Source: Mustelus asterias (taxonomy: Eukaryota). Taken from it: DNA of 64,000 nt. The notes under the pieces are model-generated. The model worked only from the letters and a program-made list of their open reading frames with translations. It did not search any database and was not told where the DNA came from. Positions 1-12,918 of this stretch are shown here, in pieces. Each line of letters starts with the position of its first letter. Position 1 is the stretch's first letter. Made by a program: the position numbers and the translations under genes. The stretch is from assembly GCF_964213995.1 (NCBI RefSeq), contig NC_135802.1:71920001-71984000 (forward strand), in the 5' to 3' direction.

Positions 1-458
1 CACTGCCTTCTCAGTATCTGCCTGGAGGTCTTCCTGACACCATAAAGGAAGATAATCTCTCTCCTCTTGTCCAGCATTGCATCTGAGATCCTTGAGACAC
101 ACTTTCTAGTCTGTTCAGCCATTCCTGTTGCTTCCTGCACTCTTTTTCAAGCAGTTACAGACATTTCTATAGCCTGGGAGAAGTGCAGTATGGCTCTAAA
201 TAGTGCTGATTAGTTTTAAGTGGTGCCAGCCTCATATGAACTTGGGGCCCCTGCTAAGGTATGCAGACTACAACCACTATAATAGGCAAGCAGCTCAAAG
301 TTTGCTTGAAGCCTACAGCACTTTGGACAAGCACAAAGTAATCACACATTGTGATCCTCACAATGAGGGTTGTCCAATTTAACTTCCCTATCTTATAGAT
401 TAAGTCTATTTTAAATTATTATTTAGATTCCACTTGAAAGGGCAATTGGTAATATCAC

Positions 459-724
459 TGTAGCAATTCAGCCAAGGCTAGTTTCCCACCACCAAAATCC
501 CTTTATTGGAAACCAAAGGAAGAGCTGCACGCACAGCTTACAGCAAGCAAGTCTGTACCCGGGACCTACAACCACGGTCCAAGTTGGAGCAACAGGTTTG
601 AACTTCCCACTGCTCACTTCCTATTGGACGAGCCTCCACTTGCTCAATAAGGGAGCTCATACTCCACAAAGCCCACAGGGAGATCTATCGACGATCCTTC
701 ATGCCCTTTGTGGCTGTCATAGCA
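459..724 (-). mobile_element. Solo LTR (266 bp) with 5-bp target-site duplication
   Basis: Begins TG (459), ends CA (724); ATCAC on both sides (454-458, 725-729); TTTATT at 502-507 (AATAAA on minus) and a CCAAT box on minus near 623-627. Confidence 0.7.
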
Positions 725-949
725 ATCACTCTTCTACTACAGTGTCAGCTTATTTGCATAATTAATCACACTGTCAAGTGCAGACACAGACAAGCCTGAG
801 TAACTCATTAGTCGACAGAATGGAAAATTCTATTTTGGTGAAATATAATGGGACAGGGCAAGTTGAAGGGGAAAGTAATCAGAGAACAACAGTTCATATA
901 GCTTTCTAAGAACATTAAAATTGTCTTCTCAATGACCTTCCCTCTATCA

Positions 950-3000
950 AAAAGTTAGAAGCTGGGATGTTCACTGATGATTGCATAGCAGTCTGTGTCC
1001 ATATGCAGTGAAACCTGGGCAATATCCAGGTTTGGGCTGATAAGTAGGAACTAACATTTGACCAGACAAGTGCCAGGCAATGACCATCTCCAACGAGATA
1101 ATCTAGTCATCTCCCATTGACATTCAATGCCCCACTATCAACATCCTAGGGATTACTATTGACTGGAAATTTAGTTGACTAACCATATAAATACTGTGAC
1201 TAAAAACAAGTTAGAGGCTTGAAATTCCATTGCAAATAACTCACTTTCTGACACCTCAGAACCTGTCCAGCATATACATGGCACAAGTCAGGAGTGTGAT
1301 GGGACACTCTTCCCTTGCCTGGATAAGTACAGCTCCAACAACACTCAAGAAGCTCAACACCATCCAGGATAAAGCAACCTAGCACCTCATCCACGAACTT
1401 AAACATTCACTCCCTCCACCACCAATGCACGGTGGAAACAGTGTATACCATGCACAAGATGCACTGCAGTAACCCTCCAAACCTCCTTCAACAGCGCTTT
1501 TCGCGGTGGACCACAGGGAGCCAGTGGATATGGTGGATCTGGATCTCCAGAAGGCATTCAATAAGGTGCTGCACGAAAGGCTGCTGCATAAGATAACGGT
1601 GCACAGCATTCCGGGTAATGTTTTAGCATGGATAGAGGGTTGCTAACTAACAGAAAGCAAAGAGTGGGGGTAGATGGGTGTTTTTCTGGATGGCTATCAG
1701 TGACTAGTGGTGTGCCTCAGGGATCAGTGCTGGGACCGCGATTGTTTACAATTTACATTGATGATTTGGAACTGGGGACCAAGTGTAGTGTGTCAAAGTT
1801 CTCAGATGACACTAAGATAAGGGGTGGAGCAAAGTGTGCAGAGGGCATTGAAAGTCTGCAGAAGGATATGGATAGTTTAAGTGAATGGGCAAGGATCTGG
1901 CAGATGGAGTACAATGTTGGTAAATGTAAAGTCATGTGAAGAATAACAGGAAAATGGACTATATGGTAAAAAGATTGCAGCATGCTGCTGTGTAGAGGGA
2001 CCTGGGTGTCCTTGTGCATGAATCACAAAAAGCTGGTTTGCAGGTGCAGCACGTAATTAAGAAGGCAAATAGAATTTTGTCCTTCATTGCTAGAGGAGTG
2101 GAGTTTAAAAACAGCGAGGTTATGTTGCAGCTGTATAAGGTGCTGGTGAGGCCGCACCTGGGGTATTGTGTACAATTTTGGTCTCCTTACTTGAGAAAGG
2201 ATATATTGGCACTGGAGCAGATGCAGAGGAGATTCACTAGGTTGATTCCGGAGTTGAGAGGGTTGGCTTATCAAGAGAGACTGAGAAGACTGGGGCTATA
2301 CTCATTGGAATTCAGAAGAATGAGAGGGGATCTTGTAGAAACATATAAGATTATGAAGAGAATAGATAAGATAGAAGCAGGGAGGTTACTTCCAATGGCG
2401 GGTGAAACTAGAAGTAGGGGGCATAGCCTCAAAACAAGGGAGAGCAGATTTAGGACTGAGTTGAGGAGGTACTTCACGCAAAGGATAGTGAACCTGTGGA
2501 ATTCCCTGCCCAGTGAAGCAGTTGAGGCTACCTTGTTGAATGCTTTTAAGGCAAAGATAAAGAGGTTTTTGAACAGCAAAGGAATTAAAGGTTATGGTGA
2601 GCGGGCGGGTAAGTGAAGCTGAGTCCACGAAAAGATCAACCATGATCTTATTGAATGGAGGAACAGGCTCAAGGGGCCAGATGGCTTCCTCATGCTCCTA
2701 GTTCTTATGTTCTTGTGTTCTTTCAAACCCACAAATTCTACCACCTGATACATAGGAACACCACCACTTGCAGGTTCCCCTCCAAGCCACATACCATCCG
2801 AACTTGAAGATACATCACTGTTGCTTTGCTGTCGCTAGGTTAAAAACCTGGAATTCCCTTCTTGACAGTATTATAGGTGTATCCACACCACGTGGAATGT
2901 AGCAATTCAAGAAGGTGGTTCACCGCCTTCTCATAGACAATTAAGATGGGCAACAAATGCCGGCCTTGCCAGTGATACTCATGTCCCTTGAAAGAATAAA
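950..3000 (+). mobile_element. Old CR1-like LINE 3' region, split by a younger CR1 at 1500-2719
   Basis: Degenerate RT C-terminus (atgttcactgatgattgc, FADD-like); sequence resumes at ~2720 (tttcaaacccac) and ends in the tail caattaagatgggcaacaaatgccggccttgccagtgatactc. Confidence 0.75.
1500..2719 (+). mobile_element. 5'-truncated CR1 LINE (RT C-terminal half and 3' UTR)
   Basis: ORFs 1628-1939 (SGVPQGSVLGP, YIDD, KFSDDTK) and 2014-2616 (LYKVLVRPHL..CVQFWSP, RGDLVETYKI); gttcttatgttctt tail repeat; frameshifted. Confidence 0.93.
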
Positions 3001-3639
3001 ACAAACTCTTAACCCATTACCAGCTTTGCCAAAATGAGTGGAAAGGGAACCCTAGTTGCAGACTTTAGTTTGCAGGCAAATGGAACAGTCTAACAACTGA
3101 ACTCTTTTCCATGGTTTCTGAAGTGCAAGTCATGCTATTAGAGGTGATTCTGAGAAAGGTTGCTCTCTGTGCTATATTAGGGCATCATTTCTTTAATTCT
3201 GCATTGCAGCATTTCTGCAAGAGGTGCAACCAAATTTCAGGCAGCAACCTTGTTGTTATCGCTGCAAGTGACAGCTCCAGACTACAGGGAATCTGTAAGA
3301 GTCTCTGCAATAGATCATAAGTATTCTTATCTAGGCCCTGAGACTTGTTGGTTTGGTGTGCCAGAACGTTTGAAAATATTTGGTGGAATTTGATGGGTTT
3401 GGCTGATCAGCCAATGCTGATTCACCTTTACTATTTCATGCAACGTCACGTAAACTGTCCAACATAAAGTTTTGTCGCAATTTCACATATATTTTCAGTG
3501 CCATCAGGGATTTGATGAAGCAGCGTCCTTTGCGAAGCAAATCCTCTTTGAGCACTAAGTATGGAAAAATAAGGTCATTTCCTCTCTGTCTGCAGAGGCT
3601 GATGTGTGGGCACCCTCCAGGGGGCATATTTTTATTTTT

Positions 3640-3924
3640 ATTGAGATGAGATGTTACACTGAAGCCCTGTCTACCCTTTCAGGTGAACATAAGAAAGAAG
3701 GAAGTTATGCCCAGCGTCCTGGCCAATATCTACCCATTGATTATGATCTCAAAAACAGTTGTCTGGTCATTGTCCCATTGATGTGGGGATTTGCTATGTG
3801 CAATTTGTCTGCTGCATTTTCTACATTACAACAATGATTACATTTCAAAAGCACTCCCTGGCTATAAAGTATATTCAGAAAACCAGTGTTTGTGAAAGCT
3901 GCTATATGTGATAGTCTTTTCTTT
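3640..3924 (+). mobile_element. DeuSINE (SacSINE1/AmnSINE1-like) 3' half
   Basis: Resembles Deu domain and tail: ctaccctttcaggtgaacataa...gtcctggccaatat...ctggtcatt...ctacattacaacaatgattacatttcaaaag...gctatat; recognised from memory. Confidence 0.7.
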
Positions 3925-4489
3925 GGGCCAGTAATGATATCGAAGCAAAAATTAATAATGAAGAATAACTATTGCGCAGGGACTCATGAATAAAAATAAA
4001 TTGAGAAGATTATTCTATTAAAAAGCCAGAGAAGTTCCAAGAGCTGGTACCTTTCAATTCTGTATCTTTTGATTTAACCCTGCCTGTCAGTCTGCAGGAA
4101 CCCTGGTTGCCAGGTTTTTCAGTTTGCGTTAGGTGTACTGCAAACCCACAAGCTGGGAGATTTTATGCAAGATCTTCTATCTCCCATTTGAAGCTTCCAC
4201 CTGCTCCAAAGGCCATTGGAGAATCCATCACAACACAATGTTTGCAAATTAAACAGAACTGATTTTCACTTAGTTTATCACACCATTATGCACAAATCTT
4301 CATGGCTTAATAGTGTCTAAAGTGTCATTATCTCCAATGACCAGGAATTTCAATCCAGCCAAAATTGCAAAATGTATTGTTTTAGGCTTCAACTAGAATG
4401 AATGGTGTTGATGCTCGTCAGATTGCCCATTAATATGCCTTGCTAGTACTTTGTATAATGTTTTTGATTTTGGAAATTGAAAGTGCACA

Positions 4490-5124
4490 TGGAATATGAG
4501 GGATGGCAATCTCACCACCTTCCTGTTCACCTCAGAGCCATCCTCCATAACATGATAGGTTAATGGGCACTGAGTAATAATTAAGGGCAAATTCACTCAT
4601 TACTAAGCCAATTGCCCTCCATAATTATGGTTAGCATGGGCAGGAATGGGCAGGCTGCTTTTTTTAAGCATATTGTCCTATGAGCATCGGGTGCACCAAC
4701 CCCTCATGAAGATACCTCCTTTTGTTTCTCCCCTACTCACCTTCAAAACCGACCCTCCAACCCTGACTTGCCCCCTTCTTTGGTTGCCAGATGCCTTCCG
4801 CCCTAAAAGCCCAGGTCTTACCTCCCTCCAGGCCCAATTGTTCTTCCTCATGGGATTGTTTGCAGTCCGAGCAGTGTTCATTACTGAGTTATGGTGCTGC
4901 TAAAACGACTAGACTGTCAGCCAATCTGACTGGCCAGCAGCTCTTGAGAGCAGGACTTCCTCTCACTGAGGGTGGGAATTCTGACTCTGCCTGTTCAGCC
5001 CGCTGGCAGTATGTTATGACTGTGAGGTGGACTTCTTTTAGGTGTCAGTTGCCAGTCTATTCTTGCAATGGGAGGGTGGGGGAGGGGTGTTGTGAGTATT
5101 ATAGCACACAGTGAAATCTAGCCC
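4490..5124. mobile_element. Degenerate non-autonomous DNA-transposon-like element
   Basis: Ends gtgaaatctagccc, similar to the TIRs of other MITE-like elements here; internal ctgtcagccaatctgactggccagcagct resembles the 39374-40027 element. Left boundary unclear. Confidence 0.4.
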
Positions 5125-5984
5125 ATAGTGTTTTCCCCTAATTCCTTGCTTAAAATTGCCCATTCTATGTAAAATGGTGAAAAGGGGTCCTGTGGGATTA
5201 TTGCTTATCTCATATTACATCTGAGACAGAATTAAGAGTCTTCAATAAAGATTCTTGAACAGTTCAAATGTTGTGCAGATCAATTTTTATACTGTTATTA
5301 GGATTTGTGTGTGTGCATGTCTTACTTCTGTGTAATTTCTTTTGTAAATGATTTTGACTATTAGTTTTTAAGTTACATTTAATAGTCTGGCAAAGCAATT
5401 ATCTCTTGTGGGCAGATGATATTGTTTCTGGTGTACAGTTACATGATAAAAAGGTTACTGCTGTGATAGGTTACATCCAATCCATTTCATGTGTAGATTT
5501 GCACATTTCAGTTTATGGATGGTGTAAAAATACATTTTTGTTGGGAAAATAGGTAAAGAATGTTGAGAGTCCAGATTATAACAGTATATAATAGTGGGAT
5601 ATAGCTGATATTGTGAAACATGAACATTCTGAAGAGTTGACCTGCTAGCTGTTGGTTACTTTATACGCAGCTCCATTAATTCAGCTGGCAGGATCAGGTC
5701 CTTGTGCAAATATTGATGTCGCAGACTGAAAGAATACAGATGAGTGAGATGCTGCCAGATAGCAGATGAGCTGCTTTTACAGCACTGATGTTATCAGGCG
5801 GTTCATAAATGAATACAAATGTAGGAGATATTCACAAAGTATTTAATTCATGCTTGTGCCTTTCATGCAATACAAAAGTTTGCATGATTATTCCCAGGTA
5901 AAACAATCAAGTGCCCATGATGAAGGAGTGTCTAGGACCAATAACAGAAAAGCAAAATGGTTTCACTATGATTCCCTGAAATTT

Positions 5985-6365
5985 GACTGGTACAACTTAA
6001 GATAGACTATTTTCACTAGACAAGGCTGCGGAGGCATTTTATTTGGAAGTTTGAAATAGTGATAAATGAAAGATTGCTTCCTCTGGTTGCTGTGTGAGTG
6101 AGAAGAGTCATTGATTTAAGATTGATACTAAGTGAAGGAGGAGCAATTTCTTTATGCAGTGGTTGTTGGGGTAGGGGGTACTATGCTGTAGCGAATAGTT
6201 GAGGTAGAGATCATAGCATCTTTTAAAGAAAGTTGGGTAAATATTAGAAGCAGAGGAAGATAGATTAGGAGCGCACAAGGCATTGGGTAAATTTTAAATT
6301 GCCCTATCAAAGAGCCAGCACAAACACAATGGGTTTAATGGCCTCCTGTACCATAAAAATCTATG
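5985..6365 (+). mobile_element. Highly decayed CR1 3' end
   Basis: Remnant LFSL..RL codons and CR1-type 3' UTR (aatggcctcctgtacc...ctatga). Confidence 0.55.
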
Positions 6366-6523
6366 ATAGTGAAGTTTAACAACTTATATGGTGGAATTAG
6401 TAACAATCATCTCAAATCAAGAAAACAATGTCACAGTTCAGATGATCTAAATCAAGTGAAATGGAAGTGGTTCATGAGAGCATTATGAATTCTGAGATTA
6501 AATTACAGGCTTTTAATTAGTAT

Positions 6524-6900
6524 GGGGGCAATTTTGAGTCCACGTTAACCATCAGCATAGATGGTGATGTGGTCCCAAAATCTCGCAAGAGCCGAGAAAC
6601 GAGATTCACGCCGATAAGATTAATTTCCTGATTTTCCATGCCCCTTACCTGTGATGTTACAAGGGGCGATTTTATTTTCAGCACAGATCAGGGCACCCTT
6701 TAACAATGGCACCCCAGTTTCTGTGGAGCCGGCATTGCTAGCTCTATCAGGCCTATCCCCAGAGTGATAATGAAAACCATGCTCCCAGGTCTCTGCGCAC
6801 TGAGTGCCAGAAATCTGGAGAGAAACCTCAGCTGGAGAGCTACATGCTGGTTTTTGTCCTTGAAACTGACACTCTGACAAATTATGGGAAGATTCTGCCA
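6524..6900. mobile_element. Degenerate MITE-like element
   Basis: gggggcaatttt start and gaagattctgcc end resemble the GGGNNGAATT-type TIRs seen elsewhere in the window. Confidence 0.4.
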
Positions 6901-8762
6901 ATTTTTTTACAACCATGTTGGCGTGAGGCTCAGTAACACAAAAGCATGCCAATAACTATTGATTGCAGACTGTTAGTCATGTGTGTGAAATACTACAATC
7001 AAGCCATCGGAGAGTATAATTGGAGTTATTTTATAATTAGAAGAAAAGCATTAGAACTTTCTAAGGTTGTTAATGACCCATGTATTGAAGCCCATGATTG
7101 TGATTAGGTAATAATTGGCAGTCCTTTCTATACGCTACAGGCACTCCAATATGCTCTGTTGCTGAGAACAACTGTCAGTAATAATTTGTTTTAATAATAT
7201 TGGAAATGAACTTAGTTATTCTGCTTCCATTTCAATCAAAGAACATCAACTCCGATAACCAGTAACCGAGATCAGTGAAGCCTTTAAAATGCAGTTTACG
7301 TCAAGAGTTCTGAAATGTGATAGAATTTCTCTTGGGTCTCTGTCATTTTCAAGATTTTCTGACCTACCTTGTGAGAGGCAGAATCTCTATCCACCCTTTA
7401 GTAAGCAAATGCCATCAGAGATGCACAGTTGAAGCTCCCACTTACCTTGCACATTCGGCATGGTACTGGGAACCAACATCGTCAGTGAAATGAACCTAAA
7501 TATTATCAGAAGGATAAAAGTGAGTGTCACTGACTAGATCCAGGCCAAGAAAGCAGATTGGACCCCAGAGAATGCCTTTATGCTGATGTATCTTGATATT
7601 TGCTCCTATACAGGATAGGGTATTGGGAGAGGGACTGTTGCTGAATCACATTTAAGAAAGCTAAAAGCCTTATAGTAATCATCTCCAGAACACATGTCAA
7701 ATTTTAAAACGACCTTGGATGCCTCCACTTATTAATGGAAAATCACTAGTCAGCTATTACTTCCAATCTGGACTTCTGCCAGAAAAAAATAAGCTTTTGC
7801 TGTTATTTTTCTTATCTTGCTCAGTGGATACTTATTTCGTTGGTTTTGTAGACCTCCGTCCATTTCAAGAGACAGACTGCACCTATGGTGTATGTCACTT
7901 CTGTATTAAACATTGGGGGTTGTGGCTGTAGCGGCTGATTTGTGAGTGGCGCAGATGAACACCATTGAGCTAAGGTCGACTAATGTTTTTTTCAATCTGC
8001 TAGCTCCCTTGAGCTGAGCCAAGATTCCACAACAAAAAGTTTGTGTTGGGAGCCAAAGATGTCTGTTTAATTGAAGGGACTATTCAAGGGCAGTCCCATT
8101 AAACAGGATAATAGAGAAGAACTGCTGTGGGAGGAAAGTGGGCAAACATGTCCAAGGCTATACAGAGATCAAACAGGAGATAACATGCTCCAAGCTCACA
8201 GAAAACTAGATCATCATTGAATATTTCTGAGTTGCTAGACCAATATTATTTAATTTGTGAACTACTAAATTGGTTTCTTAGCTCTTCTACATTTCTTTAC
8301 TTTGCTCGAAAACTCTTGAATTCAGCCTCCCATTGTCACTAAAAGTAAATGTGTTTTGGAATTGAGGAGGAGAGTCACCATTCAGCAAGTAAAATGTAGA
8401 AAACATTGACCACAAGACAGCCCAATCCCTTACTTTATAAAACTCAAATATATCCTGTAAGTGATTGAGAATTTAACAAACTCAACTTGACAACATATGA
8501 TCTATGGACTTCAGTGCAAAACGTGGAGTGCAGTAGACCTTTCATTTTTATTTGTAAATTAAAGAGACCTGCATTTTGCAACATATTGTAATAATTTGTA
8601 GACATTAAAGTGTTCATAGTTGTACAATAATTTGATCACTTTGTGCTTTTTTTATTTCAATGATTGTCTATAACTATGTTATGAATTATGATTACTCATT
8701 TTATTTGTACCCTCATTATAATTTGGCACCTGTCACCATGATGATTTTTCAATAAAGAAATT

Positions 8763-8854
8763 ATCTGTCTATCTGCCTGCCTGCCTCTGGCCTGCCTGCC
8801 TCATCTTCTTGCCTGCTCCTGGCCTGTATGTCTGCCTCTGGCCTATCTGCCTCC
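8763..8854. repeat. Imperfect (CCTG/TCTG)n simple repeat
   Basis: atctgtctatctgcctgcctgcctctggcctgcctgcc..., just after an AATAAA. Confidence 0.8.
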
Positions 8855-9141
8855 AAAGTGAATGTTTCGAGTAAATATCATAATTAGATATGTGAGATGG
8901 CAAATGTTTTTATTTAACAGCTCTGTGCACTTACTGAATAACTTTGAAAAATAATACTTGATGTGAAATCGATGTAAAGACATTGTAGTTATTTCAAGTA
9001 ATAGGTTATTTTCACCAATTGCAAATTATAATTTAAGTACTAATTAACAATTTTTAAGATAAATTTAAGACACTTCTAATTGTGGTCCCAGATGGTGTTG
9101 ACTGTAACAGTTGAATAATTGTTTCTTTATCTTATTCTCAG

Positions 9142-9341
9142 GTGGAATGCAAAATATTATGCTTCATACCTTTAGTCTAGCCCGTTACACCTACATAATA
9201 CTCTCTGGAATGCGGCACACTAATGGAACACCAGTTGCTCGGATTTATAGCGATAATGAATTTGAAACTCCAGATGCTCAGGGACCTATCATTAATATGA
9301 ACGTGCTGGATGAGAAAGGTGGCATTGTTGGTTATGCCAAG
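9142..9341 (+). CDS. MOCOS: Molybdenum cofactor sulfurase internal exon (NifS-like PLP domain), 200 bp
   Basis: Acceptor ttcttattctcag, donor AAG|gtatgt; encodes (G)GMQNIMLHTFSLARYTYIILSGMRHTNGTPVARIYSDNEFETPDAQGPIINMNVLDEKGGIVGYAK, matching MOCOS/ABA3; phase 1 in, phase 0 out. Confidence 0.93.
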
Positions 9342-9808
9342 GTATGTCGTAATCTTGTTCCTATCTCATAGTTTCTGTTGTAAGTCATTTGTAGAATTGG
9401 TTGTAATTATAAATGCATTCTAAGAATATGACAAATGACTTGAGATCATGACACGAATAAGCAGAAAACTGAAGGAAAGCTGTAGAAACTTGTGCTGGTG
9501 TTTTGATGAATGGCTATATTCCAGGAATCAAGGTGAGAAAATTAATGAGGGAGGAATAGCAAAATAATTATTATACATCATACAGAAAAGAAATCTCCAT
9601 ATCCTTTTGTATATTTAAGCATACTGCACAGGGAAATCACAGTGGTAGGTTATCATGATTAAAGAGGTTTTGTCTCCATGATATGTGCTCTGCAAGTAAC
9701 TGTAACCATGCTGTAAGTATAATTAAAATGCAAGAGATGTATGGCAACCAATGTCGTACCAACAGCTGCACACCTTAGTGTTTCTGAGCAAAGATTTTGG
9801 AATCTCTG

Positions 9809-10180
9809 GGGGAGGAGAGGCGATGGCCTGGTGGTATTATCGCTAGACGATTAATCCACAAACTCAGCTAATGTTCTGTGGACCCGGGTTTGAATCCTGC
9901 CATGGCAGGTGGTGGAGTTTGAATTCAATATAAAAATAAATCTGGAATTAAGAATCTAGTGATGATCATGAAACCATTGTCGATTGTTGGAAAAACTCAT
10001 CTGGTTCATTAATGTCCTTTAGGGAAGGAAATCCGTCGTCCTTACCAGGTCTGGCCTACATATGACACCAGAGCCACAGCAATGTGGTTGACTCACAAGT
10101 GCTCTCCAAGGGTAATTAGGGATGGGCAATAAATGCTGGCCAGCCAGTGACGCCCAAGCCCCATGAATGAATAAAAAAAA
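9809..10180 (+). mobile_element. tRNA-derived SINE with tail shared with the old CR1-like LINE
   Basis: A-box-like tggcctggtgg, B-box gggtttgaatcc, body gggaaggaaatccgtcgtccttacc, tail taattagggatgggcaataaatgctggcc followed by A-run. Confidence 0.8.
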
Positions 10181-10269
10181 AGATTTGGAATTTGATGTGT
10201 ATATAATCCTCCAAATTGACAATGCTTCCCGTTAAGAAAAAGTTGTCACAAAACAAACACTAATTGTTT

Positions 10270-10340
10270 CCGAAGAACTCTGTTTCTCTCTCCACAGATG
10301 CTGCCAGACCTGCTGAGTTTTTCCATACTTGCTGTTTTAA
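10270..10340 (+). mobile_element. Penelope-like terminal fragment (family B)
   Basis: ctctccacagatgctgccagacctgctgagtttttcc motif, also seen at ~37925, ~46930 (-) and ~51605. Confidence 0.5.
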
Positions 10341-11005
10341 TTTTGTTAATTACTTTTGTTTGGTTAACTTGTCCTGCATCACTTTTTTGTTCCTTTGTGT
10401 GTCAAGTGAATAATCGAGGAACAAGCCTCAAAGTGACAAATAGCAGTGCTGGCTCACTCATGAGTCTGGCTACTATATTTTCAATCCAAAAATCAATATA
10501 TAGCAATACTTCTCAGCAAAATGTTTCATAGAAAGCAATGTTCAGTGGATTACTAATTTAGATTCATGGATTTATAATCCAGGAACAAAGAATGCAAAGT
10601 TTCAATATACTGAAAGACCAATGTACAACCCATAGATTTATTGTAAAGCACTCTAAAACAACATTTTCATTGTTTTTTTATTTGCTCATGGATGTGCACT
10701 TCGCTGGCTCTTGCCCATCCCTAATTGCCCATGAAAAAGTGGTGGTAAACTGTCTTTGTGAACTGCTGTAATCCATATGATGTAGGTATACCCACTATAC
10801 TGTGAGAAAAAGAGTTCCAGGACTTTGACCTAGGAACAAAGGAGGAATGGTGATATTTCAAGTTAGATGGCTTGGAGGGGAACTTGCAGGTGAGAGTGTT
10901 CCCATGCCTCTGCTGCCCTTGTCCTTCTGGTTGGAAACGTTTGATGGTAATTTGGTGTGCTGCTGGGGTGCATCTTGTAAATGCTATACATTGCTGCCAC
11001 TGTGT

Positions 11006-11982
11006 TGTTAGGGTGCTGGACCAAGTTATAATAGGATGCCAGATTAGACCTCAACAATTTTTCCATTTTCCAGGAATGATTCCACTGAAAAATATGATTG
11101 ATTTTTTATTTGTGTCACAAGTAGGCTTACATTAACACTGCAATGAAGTTACTGTGAAAATCCCCTTGTCGCCACATTCCGGCATCTGTTCAGGTACACT
11201 GAGGAAGAATTTAGATGGTCAATGCACCTAACCAGCACATCTTTCAGACTATGGGAGGAAACTGGAGCAGAGGAAACCTGCGCAGACACAGGGAGAACGT
11301 ACAGACTCTGCACAGACAGTGACCCAAGCTGGGAGTTGAACCTGGGTCTCTGGCGCTGTGAGGCAAATAGGATCTTTTATAGTAAAACAAACTTTATTTA
11401 ATAACATAGTTTAAATTTAACTCTAACAAAGGAAGCAGCTGAACTATTAACAGTTGAACATATTTAAAATTAAAAGGAAGCAACTTTACTTTCTAGCATA
11501 TGACTGTTTCAGTTCCAAATAAGCAACATTCCTCTTAAAGACTTAAATGCCACTTTAAATACAGTTAGCAACTATGAATACACTTGTATAAATTTTGTTA
11601 ACAGTCTTGAAGCTTTCAGAGAGAAATTGAGTTTTAGAGCAGTTTGCAGACCTCTGTCTTCAGCATTATCCCAGCTAGAACTGCAACTCTAAAACTGCAA
11701 AAGCTCATTTTTCTCTGCTATAGACCTAGTTTATCACATGACCATATCAATTAACTTTAATCAGAAATCCTAGGGGAACTTCTTGTGTACACAAAAGTCT
11801 ATTAGCTCTATCTAAGCAACAAATTCCTAGCTGAAAATAAATTATTAACTTGCTTTCACACTCTTGGGCTATGTGTTTTCCAGACACACTGGCTGCCATC
11901 AGCATACATCTGAAATTTTAAACATTACCGTTGAACAAGAAAAAATATAAATATTTATATTAATTGCACTTGTGTCATCACA
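11006..11982 (-). mobile_element. Solo LTR (Gypsy-like) with 4-bp TSD, containing a SINE
   Basis: TG (tgttaggg) to CA (catcaca); GTGT at 11002-11005 and 11983-11986; TTTATT at ~11392 (AATAAA on minus). Confidence 0.7.
11104..11366 (-). mobile_element. V-SINE (HE1-type head) with alternative 3' tail
   Basis: HE1/V-domain motifs on minus (cctcacagcgccagagacccaggttc, tgtgtctgcgcaggtttcctc); tail taatgtaagcctacttgtgacacaaataaa differs from the CR1-type tail. Confidence 0.8.
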
Positions 11983-12745
11983 GTGTGTTGATGGTGGAAG
12001 GAGTGAATGATTAAGGTGGTAGATGAGATGCCAGTCAAGTGGGCTGCATTGTCCTGTATGTTGTCGTACTTCTTGAGTGCTATTAAGAACAGCACCTATC
12101 CAAGCAGGTGGAAAGTATTCCTTCACACTCTTGACATGAAATTTGTAGATGGTAGATTGGGGAATCAGGGGGTTAATTACTCACCCAGAATTCCCAATCT
12201 CTGCCTTGCTCTTGTAGCCACAGTATTTATATGGCTGGTTCAGTTCAGTTTCTGGTCAGTGGTAATCGCTAGATGTTGATAATGGGGGACTCAACAATTG
12301 AAATGTTAGACTGTCTCTTGTTAGAGTTGCTCATTGCCTGGTATTTTTGTGTCATGCATGTTACTTGCCATTTATCAGCTCATGCTGTTTAGACCACATT
12401 TAGCTCTTTAACCCTAACTCATCTTCCTGGAATCTTTTCAAAGTGTCTTGAGGACTGTCTTTTCATAAAACTTTTTAAAGGTGCTTATATTCTGAAAGAA
12501 TGCTGGGGTTGATTCCCTGGCAATGATACTTATCAAATCAGACAAATCCGTAATGTCTCACTTTAACTCCTCATAAAATAAGTCTTTACTACCAGTCTAT
12601 ACTTTGGAGTTAATGATGTCTAAATTTGACTTGCTGGTCCATCTTACAATAATTAGTTCAGATTAATTTATTATTCACACTACACCACCTTCCATTAGAA
12701 GTTATAGTATGTCTTGATTTCAGTGGCATGGCTTGGAAATTTATG

Positions 12746-12918
12746 ATGTGGAGATGCCGGCGTTGGACTGGGGTAAACACAGTAAGAAGTCTCACAACAC
12801 CAGGTTAAAGTCCAACAGATTTATTTGGTAGCAAAAGCCACACAAGCTTTCGAAAGCTAGTGGCTTTTGCTACCAAATAAACCTGTTGGACTTTAATCTG
12901 ATGTTGTGAGACTTCTTA
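12746..12918 (-). mobile_element. Penelope-like fold-back mini-insert (family A) with 14-bp TSD
   Basis: Arms 12781-12841 and 12860-12920 are near-perfect inverted repeats around agctttcgaaagct; TSD cttggaaatttatg at 12732-12745 and 12919-12932. Confidence 0.8.

Larger units (their letters stand above)
10675..12385 (-). mobile_element. Old CR1-like LINE 3' region, split by a solo LTR at 11006-11982
   Basis: Reverse complement of the 950-3000 family (ttgcccatccctaattgccc tail); joins across the LTR as ccactgtgt|gttgatggtgg. Confidence 0.75.
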
